A DNA stretch of 64,000 nt from a virus. Position 1 is the first letter of the stretch; each line of letters opens with the position of its first letter. The notes under the pieces were generated by a model, which was not told where the DNA came from, made no database searches, and saw only the letters and a list, made by a program, of their open reading frames with translations. This document shows, piece by piece, positions 54,999 to 63,246 of this stretch. The stretch lies in IMG/VR virus record IMGVR_UViG_3300045738_002140, positions 50,177 to 114,176 of that record; one strand, 5' to 3'. The translations under genes and the position numbers were made by a program.

Positions 54999-55405
54999 AA
55001 TACTCAATGTTCATAGGTCGGTGGCAAATATGGCATTCTGGCCATCAGTGGTTAATCGACCAACGATTGGAAAAGGGAAAAAATGTTCTAATCTGCATAA
55101 GAGATATGGGGATAGACAAAAATAACCCCCTCGAAGCGCAAGAGATTTACAATAACCTTTCCGAAAGATTTGGAGCACTAATTGATTCTGGGCGGATTAA
55201 ACTTAGAATTATCCCAGACATTGAATCAGTTAATTACGGCAGGGATGTCGGCTATGAAATAATAGAACATAGCCCACCAGAAGAAGTAAAAAAAATAAGC
55301 GGGACAAAAATAAGGAATAAGGGAGAGCATAGCAATTGGGAAAATGAGGGAGGTAGCAACTTAGGCAGCCTGCCCGAAGAAGGATGCGAGGGAGGACACT
55401 ATTAA
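54995..55405 (+). CDS. HxGH nucleotidyltransferase (cytidylyltransferase-like)
   Basis: IGRWQIWHSGH, YGRDVGY, ISGTKIR. Confidence 0.85.
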   Translation: MKYSMFIGRWQIWHSGHQWLIDQRLEKGKNVLICIRDMGIDKNNPLEAQEIYNNLSERFGALIDSGRIKLRIIPDIESVNYGRDVGYEIIEHSPPEEVKKISGTKIRNKGEHSNWENEGGSNLGSLPEEGCEGGHY

Positions 55406-55549
55406 ATGAATAAAAAAAACTGGAAAGACTTATTCATTGGCTTTTCAATGATAGGATTATCAGCGTGGTTGTTCGTTAATGGGCAATATACGCTTGAGAT
55501 TGGAATATTGTTAGGCTTATTGACCTTATGGTGGTTGGAGCTTTTTTAG
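55406..55549 (+). CDS. 47-aa membrane protein (not in track)
   Basis: Two hydrophobic segments; fills the gap exactly between neighbours. Confidence 0.5.
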   Translation: MNKKNWKDLFIGFSMIGLSAWLFVNGQYTLEIGILLGLLTLWWLELF

Positions 55550-55858
55550 ATGGAAGACGCTGGAGAACATAAAAATTTAGGAGTAGGCATAGTAGGTAGC
55601 CTAAAGAAGAAAGAACCCGCCGAGACCGAGAAGAAGCCCAAGGCCAAGAAAATAACAAAAAAGAAACTAAAAGAGGGAGAGGTAAACGAAGGCATAAGGA
55701 CAGCAAAGGCAGAATATTTACGGCACTGTACGAAAACAGTAGGAATTGTAAACAAGAAGGGCGAATACGAAATAAAATTAACTAAAGACTGTGGAGAAGG
55801 AGATGTAGTTTGGGTACTGGAAGACGACGGAACCTTTACAAAAACTAAAATATATTAA
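55550..55858 (+). CDS. hypothetical protein
   Basis: ORF. Confidence 0.6.
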   Translation: MEDAGEHKNLGVGIVGSLKKKEPAETEKKPKAKKITKKKLKEGEVNEGIRTAKAEYLRHCTKTVGIVNKKGEYEIKLTKDCGEGDVVWVLEDDGTFTKTKIY

Positions 55859-56062
55859 ATGAATGATAAATTATATACCATGCTTAAGAGTTCTGCAGAA
55901 GCAGACGTAGCCAAGGCCGAACTTACCTTAGACCTGTTAGATAACAGGGCTGCGGGGATCGGAGACCACTCAACAGGAGACTTCTATAAAAACGCGGAAG
56001 AAGCATTGTCCTTGCTTGCGGACGCCGTGGACAGGTTAGAAGTATTGGCAAGATATAAATGA
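55859..56062 (+). CDS. hypothetical phage protein (GIGDHS motif)
   Basis: ORF in operon. Confidence 0.65.
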   Translation: MNDKLYTMLKSSAEADVAKAELTLDLLDNRAAGIGDHSTGDFYKNAEEALSLLADAVDRLEVLARYK

Positions 56063-56253
56063 TAAAAGAAAGTGACATTTTTGGCGGCGTTCAGTGGACA
56101 AAGCGACAGCAGTACGGCGAGGAGATAAAGTCATTGCTTGCCCAAATATATAATACAGTAGAAAGTTATGGAGAGTTATCTCGCAAAGAAAAAAAGACGC
56201 TGAAAGGTGATATAGGAAATTTTGAGTTCGCCCTAAATGAGTATAACAAATGA
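56059..56253 (+). CDS. hypothetical protein
   Basis: ATGA-coupled ORF. Confidence 0.55.
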   Translation: MIKESDIFGGVQWTKRQQYGEEIKSLLAQIYNTVESYGELSRKEKKTLKGDIGNFEFALNEYNK

Positions 56254-56444
56254 AAAAAATATTATTAATTTTACTATTATTAACCGTGGGGTGCAAGACG
56301 TATTACGCTCCCAGCGGAAAGGCTTTTCCGAGAAGCTGGGGTAAGCCACCAGAAATACAGTTAACAGACCATCGTCCACTACCCTATGGGTATGGTTCCG
56401 GTAGCAGTACGCTTTACGGCTGGATAATGGAGAACAAAAAATGA
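56250..56444 (+). CDS. small lipoprotein
   Basis: MKKILLILLLLTVG-C. Confidence 0.7.
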   Translation: MKKILLILLLLTVGCKTYYAPSGKAFPRSWGKPPEIQLTDHRPLPYGYGSGSSTLYGWIMENKK

Positions 56445-57022
56445 ATATAGCATTACCAACCTTACTATTAGTATTTGGCAGCTTAACCCTTTGGCTACTT
56501 ACAGAGTCTTCGGTTCGGTGGCTTCTTAAGGCGGCTTGTATTTCTGCTTTTTGTTTATTTACTGTTGTTTTCTGGTCGTCGATTCATTCTTTTCTCGGGT
56601 GGCCAGCGGATGAAGACGACATGCCAGAAAAGGTACTTATCCATTGGGTTATTATCAAGGAGCCGAATAAATTTACAAAATTTGATGGACAGATTTATAT
56701 ACTTCTTGAATCCGTAGAAGACGCAGAGGATAGTGCTGTTGAAAAATTCTTTGGCTACGAACAAAAGAAGATAGAGCCACGACTTTACGGTCTTAAATAC
56801 AATAGAAGCCTACACGAGAACCTAGAGAAAAACGTGATGCCCAAACTCAGAAGAGGCCAGCCCGTGCTTGGCAAGCTGGACAGAGGAAAATCGTTAGGCA
56901 AACAAGGAAGAACGGAGGGGGAGGGGGCAAATAAAAAGGGTCACGGCAGCGAATCTCAGGAGCAAGAATGGCACTTTCATGAGCTATTACCGTCAGAAAT
57001 ACACAAAAAGCCAGATAGATAA
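56441..57022 (+). CDS. two-TM membrane protein, likely partner of the ExbB/ExbD-like pair
   Basis: GWP..P..LIHW.I.EP.K..G.IY, EPRLY..Y...LHE. Confidence 0.6.
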   Translation: MNIALPTLLLVFGSLTLWLLTESSVRWLLKAACISAFCLFTVVFWSSIHSFLGWPADEDDMPEKVLIHWVIIKEPNKFTKFDGQIYILLESVEDAEDSAVEKFFGYEQKKIEPRLYGLKYNRSLHENLEKNVMPKLRRGQPVLGKLDRGKSLGKQGRTEGEGANKKGHGSESQEQEWHFHELLPSEIHKKPDR

Positions 57023-57033
57023 TAGTAATTTAC

Positions 57034-57062
57034 TTGATTAAATAGAATAAAAATGATATAAT
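57034..57062 (+). promoter_or_regulatory. sigma70 promoter, leaderless
   Basis: TTGATT-17-TATAAT with TG extension, ATG 5 nt downstream. Confidence 0.75.
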
Positions 57063-57067
57063 AAACT

Positions 57068-57613
57068 ATGAACAGAAGGCAATTCATCAAAACCGCTATA
57101 CCCGTAGCGGCTATTCCAGCGATAGCAATCACTTGCAAATACGAGGATGACGAAAAGGGGCCAGAGAAAGAAAGCAAATGCGATTGGCCCTATCGCGTCT
57201 ATTGTTATGAGCGAGAACAGGGCGAGTGGACATTTAGCCACAATATAAGGGGCAGCTTTGCTCCAGAAAGAGAGTACATGGCCTTTGAGGAAGAGAACGA
57301 CCTTAGTTGGAATCCTCACTATGCGGGTGGCTGGATGGATGGGGGCAAATTACATTTTCAAACCCTTGACGATGCTACAGAATTTGTAGAGATGCACGCT
57401 AGAACCAAGGACGACATAAATCTTATAGATTCTATTTATGATATTTATTATATTAGTAGAAATACCGTTAGAGATCAATACGGCGTTGAAGATGTAGAAA
57501 CGAGAGAAATAAAGGTTGCTCATTATTGGTTTAATGGGGATACAGGAAGGCAGATACAATGGGTAGCCAATGATCGGCCTTATACAGACTGGGGCAAGGT
57601 AGAGTGCGCATAA
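57068..57613 (+). CDS. protein with Tat-like signal
   Basis: MNRRQFIK + hydrophobic stretch. Confidence 0.65.
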   Translation: MNRRQFIKTAIPVAAIPAIAITCKYEDDEKGPEKESKCDWPYRVYCYEREQGEWTFSHNIRGSFAPEREYMAFEEENDLSWNPHYAGGWMDGGKLHFQTLDDATEFVEMHARTKDDINLIDSIYDIYYISRNTVRDQYGVEDVETREIKVAHYWFNGDTGRQIQWVANDRPYTDWGKVECA

Positions 57614-57810
57614 TGAAAGCCAAGAAAAAACCCACAAAGAAAAAGGATGGTAGCTGGGACACCACAGACCTTTATAGAAATAGCGAGAGATACCCCTTTG
57701 ATATAGAATGGCTTAAATACTACAACTCCATGGAGGGTCGAGACCAAGTCCTATTTCTCTACAAAGATAAAAAAACGAAAAAAATTATAAAGCATAGAAT
57801 ACTTAGATGA
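57613..57810 (+). CDS. hypothetical protein
   Basis: TAATG-coupled ORF. Confidence 0.5.
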   Translation: MKAKKKPTKKKDGSWDTTDLYRNSERYPFDIEWLKYYNSMEGRDQVLFLYKDKKTKKIIKHRILR

Positions 57811-58670
57811 AGGAAGAAACCAAACAAAAGGGACAGCTTGCAGCGGTAGGCACGAAGGTTCCCGAACTCCTCTATCTTGAAAAAGAAATAGAAAAATTCT
57901 TAGCAAATAAGAAAGGGGAAGACACAGACGTATTGGTAATCGGAGAGAGGGAGGGCGAGGAGAATGTAATCCAGACAGTCCTTCTGAGCGAACAGCTACG
58001 CTCGGTTAAGTGTGTGGATATATCCCCCATCAAAGAAGGAGGGCCGCTTCAAGAAATAATAGAACAGAACAACAAAATTTCCTTTGAACAGTGTGATTTT
58101 GTAGAAAATAAAATAGATGAAAAATTTGATATAATTGTTTGTATAAGCGTCTTAGAACATTTTGGCATGAAGTTCAACGAGCAGGAACACAGTATGTTTG
58201 AGGGGGAGAAAAGAAGAGACCAGATACTATGGAACTACGACCTAGACGGCATGCTTGCCATGTCGAAACTTCTTCGTGATAACGACAGCGTTTGTATAAT
58301 AACCCTTCCAATAGGCCCGTTTATGAATTATTTTGAAAGCGGTTTCCCTTTTTTAAGATACTATGACCAGACTCGGCGAAATGTAATCGGAAGGTTTTGT
58401 GACGAAAACAACATTACATTTAGTGAAAGGTTTTTTGTTTCTCCGCTCGCCCCGACGCCAGATGAAGCGAAAGAGGAAGTAGGGCAGTCCCATATGATGT
58501 TCACTGTTTGGAGGGAGTTCAACGAGTCTATCTTCACTGACCTAACGATTCACTATAACGGAACAGTATGTGCGGCCTCTTCTCATCACCCCAAAGATTC
58601 CGAGGTGATAGGGATTAACCCAATGACCCCAAACGCTATCTGGGGATTGACATTACAAAATGAATGTTAA
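57807..58670 (+). CDS. class I SAM-dependent methyltransferase-like (DUF268-like)
   Basis: VLVIG, CVDI, FDIIVCISVLEHFG, ITLPIG. Confidence 0.72.
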   Translation: MKEETKQKGQLAAVGTKVPELLYLEKEIEKFLANKKGEDTDVLVIGEREGEENVIQTVLLSEQLRSVKCVDISPIKEGGPLQEIIEQNNKISFEQCDFVENKIDEKFDIIVCISVLEHFGMKFNEQEHSMFEGEKRRDQILWNYDLDGMLAMSKLLRDNDSVCIITLPIGPFMNYFESGFPFLRYYDQTRRNVIGRFCDENNITFSERFFVSPLAPTPDEAKEEVGQSHMMFTVWREFNESIFTDLTIHYNGTVCAASSHHPKDSEVIGINPMTPNAIWGLTLQNEC

Positions 58671-59385
58671 GTTAATATCAATTACGCAACCCCACGTTAA
58701 AGGGTATGATGATAAAATCATGTGCGCGGAAGACATTATAGCTTACTGTGCTAGAGTCTCTAACCCGAGCAATCAACACAACGTAAAGACTGCCCCAAAA
58801 CTATTGGGGTTCCTAATCAAGCACAAGCACTGGTCGCCGTTTGAGCTTGCAAATATGTGTGTCGAAATAAAGACGAGCAGGGCAATTGCCGCACAGATTC
58901 TTCGACACAGGAGCTTTAGCTTTCAAGAGTTCAGCCAAAGGTATAGCAAGGCTGAACAGCTAGAGCCTCTTGAATTACGTGGGCAAGCAGAAAAGAATAG
59001 ACAAAGCTCGACAGATGTAACCGACCCTCTTCTTACGGATGACTATAAGAACATTAAAGCGTCCACGGCAATCTCTCAATATTTAAATGAAGGCATTAAA
59101 TTGTATGACGAGCTGATTGAGGCGGGAGTAGCAAAAGAAAGCGCGAGGATGATGTTACCGCTGACAACTGAGACGACAATGTACATGAATGGTACGGTTC
59201 GTAGTTGGATTCATTATATTAGTTTAAGAACAGAAGAAAACACACAGAAGGAGCATAGAGATATAGCTAAGGCTATAAGGAATATTTTCATAAACCAATT
59301 CCCGAACACAAGCGAGGCATTAGGGTGGATTAGGAAGGTCGATGACGCGGGCGTTGACATAGACACGGGAAAATTTACGGGATGA
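58660..59385 (+). CDS. thyX: flavin-dependent thymidylate synthase
   Basis: HWSPFE, RHRSFSFQEFSQRY, KESARMMLP, TQKEHR. Confidence 0.97.
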   Translation: MNVKLISITQPHVKGYDDKIMCAEDIIAYCARVSNPSNQHNVKTAPKLLGFLIKHKHWSPFELANMCVEIKTSRAIAAQILRHRSFSFQEFSQRYSKAEQLEPLELRGQAEKNRQSSTDVTDPLLTDDYKNIKASTAISQYLNEGIKLYDELIEAGVAKESARMMLPLTTETTMYMNGTVRSWIHYISLRTEENTQKEHRDIAKAIRNIFINQFPNTSEALGWIRKVDDAGVDIDTGKFTG

Positions 59386-60188
59386 ATAAGAATGCCATAT
59401 ATACCTTAAAAGCCGATCCACAAAAAACGGGCCGGATAGACGAATGGAGTGCGCTCCCGCTGAAGAGAATGAAGCTATACGCAAAGAGGGTAAGAGCAGA
59501 CCTTGTCGTTGTAGATGAATCGAAAATAAGAGAGATGAATATACCCAGCACACTAAATACTTTTCAAGCAGTCAATATGCTTAAGTTTTATATTTTAGAC
59601 AATTTTTCTCGCAGCGAATATGAACGTATGTTGTTTTTAGATTTAGATATTTTGATTAGAACTGGTGCGGAAAATATTTTTGATGAAGTTGAATGCAAAG
59701 GGATTCACATGACCATAAATAAAAATGAATCGGACGACAGAACGTATAAAAAACTCATGGAGAATCATTATTTCGAGCGTCGGCCAGTTCCCCAATTAGT
59801 TTACGAATCTCCTGTATATAACGGAGGAATTATTTACGCGGATAAGCCTACTATTGAAAGATTTTGTAAAAAAATACCGAAGCTAAAGGATTGGACTAAA
59901 TTCTTTGAATCTTATAATTTAGCATCGAACCCTCTTTTTAGCGGCGACCAAATGAACGAACAGCACTTAATAAGTTTGTTCCTAGCCAAACACCACTTTG
60001 AGGTTAATATATTAGATATAAAATGGAACGTAATGGGCAAACGATTCTATGGGCCGTGGGCCTTCTTATGGCAGAAACCAGATTCTAATTTTGTTCATTA
60101 TTTTGGGCAAGAGGGTAAAGAAGTTTTAAATAAATTAAATACATGGGAAAAGAACGGACACACAGAAAATTTGTGTTTTTATTATTAA
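59382..60188 (+). CDS. GT8-like glycosyltransferase
   Basis: LFLDLD, YNGG, NEQ, WN, FVHY. Confidence 0.78.
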   Translation: MNKNAIYTLKADPQKTGRIDEWSALPLKRMKLYAKRVRADLVVVDESKIREMNIPSTLNTFQAVNMLKFYILDNFSRSEYERMLFLDLDILIRTGAENIFDEVECKGIHMTINKNESDDRTYKKLMENHYFERRPVPQLVYESPVYNGGIIYADKPTIERFCKKIPKLKDWTKFFESYNLASNPLFSGDQMNEQHLISLFLAKHHFEVNILDIKWNVMGKRFYGPWAFLWQKPDSNFVHYFGQEGKEVLNKLNTWEKNGHTENLCFYY

Positions 60189-60191
60189 ATT

Positions 60192-60692
60192 ATGAATACC
60201 ATTATCGAATACGGAGTAAATAAAGAAGAACTCAGTCAGGCCAAACAAGAAGCCCTAGCAATGGGGCGACTTAGGAACTCCATACTAAAGGGGGCAGGAA
60301 ATGCGGCGGGACTCCTTTCCGAAATAATTTTGGCAAATAACTACCCCAACCTAGAAAGAGATTCCACGCGTAACTGGGATTTGGTAGACAGGGCGGCAAA
60401 TAAGACATATGATTCCAAGGCAAAACAGACGATAGTCGAACCTCTTCCCCACTATGAGTGTAGCGTAGCCAATTTTAACCCAAACCAAAAGTGCGATTCT
60501 TACATTTTTACAAGGGTTCACAAAGGTCTATTAAAGGTGTGGGTACTTGGGTACATAGATAAGTATGAATTTTTTGAAAAAGCCACGTTCCACCGTCGAG
60601 GCGACTACGATGAAAGTAACAATTTTACCTTCCACGCAGATTGTTATAATCTTAAAATAGAAGAACTAAACCCAATGTCAGAAATAACTTGA
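60192..60692 (+). CDS. PD-(D/E)xK-like nuclease fold protein
   Basis: GLLSE, WD...YDSKAK, D.YIF. Confidence 0.55.
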   Translation: MNTIIEYGVNKEELSQAKQEALAMGRLRNSILKGAGNAAGLLSEIILANNYPNLERDSTRNWDLVDRAANKTYDSKAKQTIVEPLPHYECSVANFNPNQKCDSYIFTRVHKGLLKVWVLGYIDKYEFFEKATFHRRGDYDESNNFTFHADCYNLKIEELNPMSEIT

Positions 60693-60721
60693 TTTTTTTA
60701 TTTAATATAGTATCATAATGT

Positions 60722-60868
60722 ATGAAGGTATTACCAGACTGGCTCTATAACGTGGAAAGGAAGCTAGATTCATGTAATCACTTAATGGAAATGCTGAGAA
60801 CCTTGTTAGCTATTTGCACCCTAACATTACAAGTGGTTATTTTATTAAAATTATTTAATATCATATGA
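60722..60868 (+). CDS. 48-aa C-terminal-TM protein (not in track)
   Basis: MKVLPDW...LRTLLAICTLTLQVVILLKL; ATGA overlap with next gene. Confidence 0.5.
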   Translation: MKVLPDWLYNVERKLDSCNHLMEMLRTLLAICTLTLQVVILLKLFNII

Positions 60869-61329
60869 AGAAGAAAAAATTAAACAGTAAAGACGGCAGC
60901 GAGTTCACTGTTTTTTACTTGAAAGATAAAGAAAGCGAGCCAAATAAAATGAGCGACAAGGAAGACATAGCAGCGCAGAACTTGGCCGCAGCGTTTTCCG
61001 CCTTGGGCGGGAGCCTCCCGAAGTTGCCTATAAGTAACTTTTTCGGCGCATCAGAGGGTAGCGTTGAAGTTCTTATAGACGATACAATCGAAAGCGACTT
61101 CTTGGACACGGACGCTTTGGTGGTTGGCCGAATTTATAGAGTCCACGAACTAAATAGCCTGATTATAAGATACAACGGCCTTGGAGTAACCAGTCGCGCC
61201 AGTTCCGGAGTCACAAGCCTCATCGTTCTGAAGGTCAGCCACAATGATTTTCACTTTTGGGTGAATGAAAAGTCTTTAATTAAGGCGAACAAAGATGAAG
61301 TTAATTTTTATTTAAATAAAACGATATAA
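60865..61329 (+). CDS. hypothetical protein
   Basis: ORF. Confidence 0.6.
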   Translation: MKKKKLNSKDGSEFTVFYLKDKESEPNKMSDKEDIAAQNLAAAFSALGGSLPKLPISNFFGASEGSVEVLIDDTIESDFLDTDALVVGRIYRVHELNSLIIRYNGLGVTSRASSGVTSLIVLKVSHNDFHFWVNEKSLIKANKDEVNFYLNKTI

Positions 61330-61330
61330 T

Positions 61331-61528
61331 ATGAAAGCACAGCCAAGATTAGTTAGACTAACAAAAATGGACGAGGACAAAGAAGTTCTGGTAAACTGGA
61401 TGGCCGTGACATACGTTTACCCCACCTCCGCGAGAGGAAAAGGTGATTACAGTGATGTTTATTTTATAGGAGGCTCATCGCTTCCCGTAAAAGAAACAAC
61501 TGAAGAAATTCAACTTCTTGTAAAATGA
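61331..61528 (+). CDS. FlbD-like small protein
   Basis: RLT...VLVN...V..V...G..L.VKETTEEI. Confidence 0.55.
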   Translation: MKAQPRLVRLTKMDEDKEVLVNWMAVTYVYPTSARGKGDYSDVYFIGGSSLPVKETTEEIQLLVK

Positions 61529-61878
61529 AAACATTTGCAGTAGAGGGGTGCAACTGGCACACGGAAGTTCAAATAAACGATGAACTTTTTGAAAATGAGA
61601 TGGACATGGCTTTTGAGGCCATGACGCAGGGGGTGGAGCGTTTCATTAACGAGGACGAAAGAATAGAGTTGGTTGGCTACGATGAACCCGCGCTAGGGTT
61701 TTTTATGGCAGCGCATGATAGCAGCAAAAAAAATAATTCAACAAATAAGGCGATGTGCCTCACGGAAAAGCTGCTGGTTAATGGGGGTTTTTATGACATA
61801 GCAACAGAGTTTGAAAGCCAGATGCACGGAGCAATAGAGCAGGAGCAACAGGACAAAAAAAACAAGAAGAAGCCTTGA
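61525..61878 (+). CDS. hypothetical protein
   Basis: ORF. Confidence 0.6.
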   Translation: MKTFAVEGCNWHTEVQINDELFENEMDMAFEAMTQGVERFINEDERIELVGYDEPALGFFMAAHDSSKKNNSTNKAMCLTEKLLVNGGFYDIATEFESQMHGAIEQEQQDKKNKKKP

Positions 61879-61903
61879 CTTTTGTTTGATTATATTTTAT
61901 AAT
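61875..61903 (+). promoter_or_regulatory. sigma70 promoter, leaderless
   Basis: TTGACT-17-TATAAT, ATG 5 nt downstream. Confidence 0.85.
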
Positions 61904-61908
61904 TATCT

Positions 61909-62670
61909 ATGAGAACATTGCAGAGCCTGTTGTTACTTTTTTTTACTCAATCTTTATTTTCTGCGCCCCAATTCAGTACGGAGAACATCGAGGGATGGAC
62001 GGTTTATCTAAATAAAAGCGCAAATAATAAAGCCAAAAACGAAGCAAGGGCTTTCCTCGCTAAAGACCTCCGAATTATTAAACAAAAAGTGCCAAATAAT
62101 GCGCTTGATGTGTTACAGAAAATCTCAATCACCGTGGGTCGAGGGTCAAATAAATTCTGGGCAAAATATAGTTACGGAAATAAGAGCGTTGAATTTAAAA
62201 GCGTTAAGGGCTTTATAGACGGGAGGGGCGTTTACCCAGATGTAGTCCTTCACGAAATGGCTCATGGGTATCACACTCTTAAAATTGGTCTTGATTACAG
62301 AAAGGATTCTCCAGACGGAAGCGTCAGCAAGGAACTAAAACAATCATTAGTCGCGGCTTGGAAAAGACACAAGACAGACTACTCATCCCTTGGAAAAAAT
62401 GCGCTCACCCCCAAAAATAAGCCCTCAAATAGCTTTTTCCTAAAGTGGGCTACCCTAAACCAGCTTGAGTATTTTGCTGAAATGTCAACCACACACTACG
62501 GAGTTCATAGGTATTGGGCCGAAATAAAAGATAAAGATTCAGAAAGAGTGATAGGTGAGCTTTGGGGAGAAAAAAAAACAGGCCAAATAAAAGAAGTAAA
62601 TAAGAGGACATTTGCCCATCCGCTTACCAGACGGGGCTTGAGAATCTTAATGAGGCAACCCCAAAAATAA
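61909..62670 (+). CDS. secreted zinc metallopeptidase (HEXXH)
   Basis: Signal peptide; IEGWTV; VLHEMAHGYH; EYFAE. Confidence 0.82.
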   Translation: MRTLQSLLLLFFTQSLFSAPQFSTENIEGWTVYLNKSANNKAKNEARAFLAKDLRIIKQKVPNNALDVLQKISITVGRGSNKFWAKYSYGNKSVEFKSVKGFIDGRGVYPDVVLHEMAHGYHTLKIGLDYRKDSPDGSVSKELKQSLVAAWKRHKTDYSSLGKNALTPKNKPSNSFFLKWATLNQLEYFAEMSTTHYGVHRYWAEIKDKDSERVIGELWGEKKTGQIKEVNKRTFAHPLTRRGLRILMRQPQK

Positions 62671-62673
62671 ATT

Positions 62674-62702
62674 TTGATATTTTAGGGTCAGCTCGATATA
62701 CT
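62674..62702 (+). promoter_or_regulatory. sigma70 promoter with no ORF before the next terminator
   Basis: TTGATA-17-TATACT. Confidence 0.75.
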
Positions 62703-62707
62703 ATTAA

Positions 62708-62780
62708 GTAACTCTGCGACAAAAATAAAGCTGGACGAGGTTTTGCTCCTTTCTCTCCTTGTTCGGCTTTATTTTTTTTT
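62708..62780 (+). ncRNA. candidate hairpin sRNA with anti-Shine-Dalgarno loop
   Basis: 20-bp stem 62721-62740/62757-62776 (with G-U pairs), 16-nt loop containing CTCCTTTCT, U tract. Confidence 0.55.
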
Positions 62781-62792
62781 AAGTATTTTAAA

Positions 62793-62798
62793 GTGTAA
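62793..62798 (+). promoter_or_regulatory. GTGTAA putative phage promoter element
   Basis: 8 nt before ATG 62807. Confidence 0.5.
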
Positions 62799-62806
62799 AT
62801 AAGGGC

Positions 62807-63202
62807 ATGGCAGCAGCAGAGCTAATTAGCCCTAATTTTATAGAAAGATGGCAGCAGGAAGGCTTTTTACCCAAAGGGGTGATTAGCTGCGAGAGGTGTA
62901 GCTGGACAAACTATACCGTGGAAGAATACAAGATTCTCTACGAACACAAGAAGCTCGCTTATTTTTTCTTTATTAGCGACGACGAGAAGATTGAAGAAAC
63001 CCCATTCCTTTGTCATGGTTGTTTATTTAATGAATTAAAAAAAGCCGCTGGCAACGAACCCTTGAGAGTAACACTCTTGGACGAGGAGAACTCATACAGT
63101 TGCGAGCTTATTCCAGAAGAATGGATGGACGGCGACCCTTACCCAGAACCAGAAGAAAGTGACGAGGATGATGACGAGGACTTTTGGTTTCCAAAAGAAT
63201 AA
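62807..63202 (+). CDS. zinc-finger-like protein with acidic tail
   Basis: CERC...CHGC. Confidence 0.65.
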   Translation: MAAAELISPNFIERWQQEGFLPKGVISCERCSWTNYTVEEYKILYEHKKLAYFFFISDDEKIEETPFLCHGCLFNELKKAAGNEPLRVTLLDEENSYSCELIPEEWMDGDPYPEPEESDEDDDEDFWFPKE

Positions 63203-63211
63203 TTTTTTTAC

Positions 63212-63240
63212 TTGACACGGCATGAACCCTATTGTAAGGT
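63212..63240 (+). promoter_or_regulatory. sigma70 promoter, leaderless
   Basis: TTGACA-17-TAAGGT, ATG 6 nt downstream. Confidence 0.7.
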
Positions 63241-63246
63241 AGGTCA

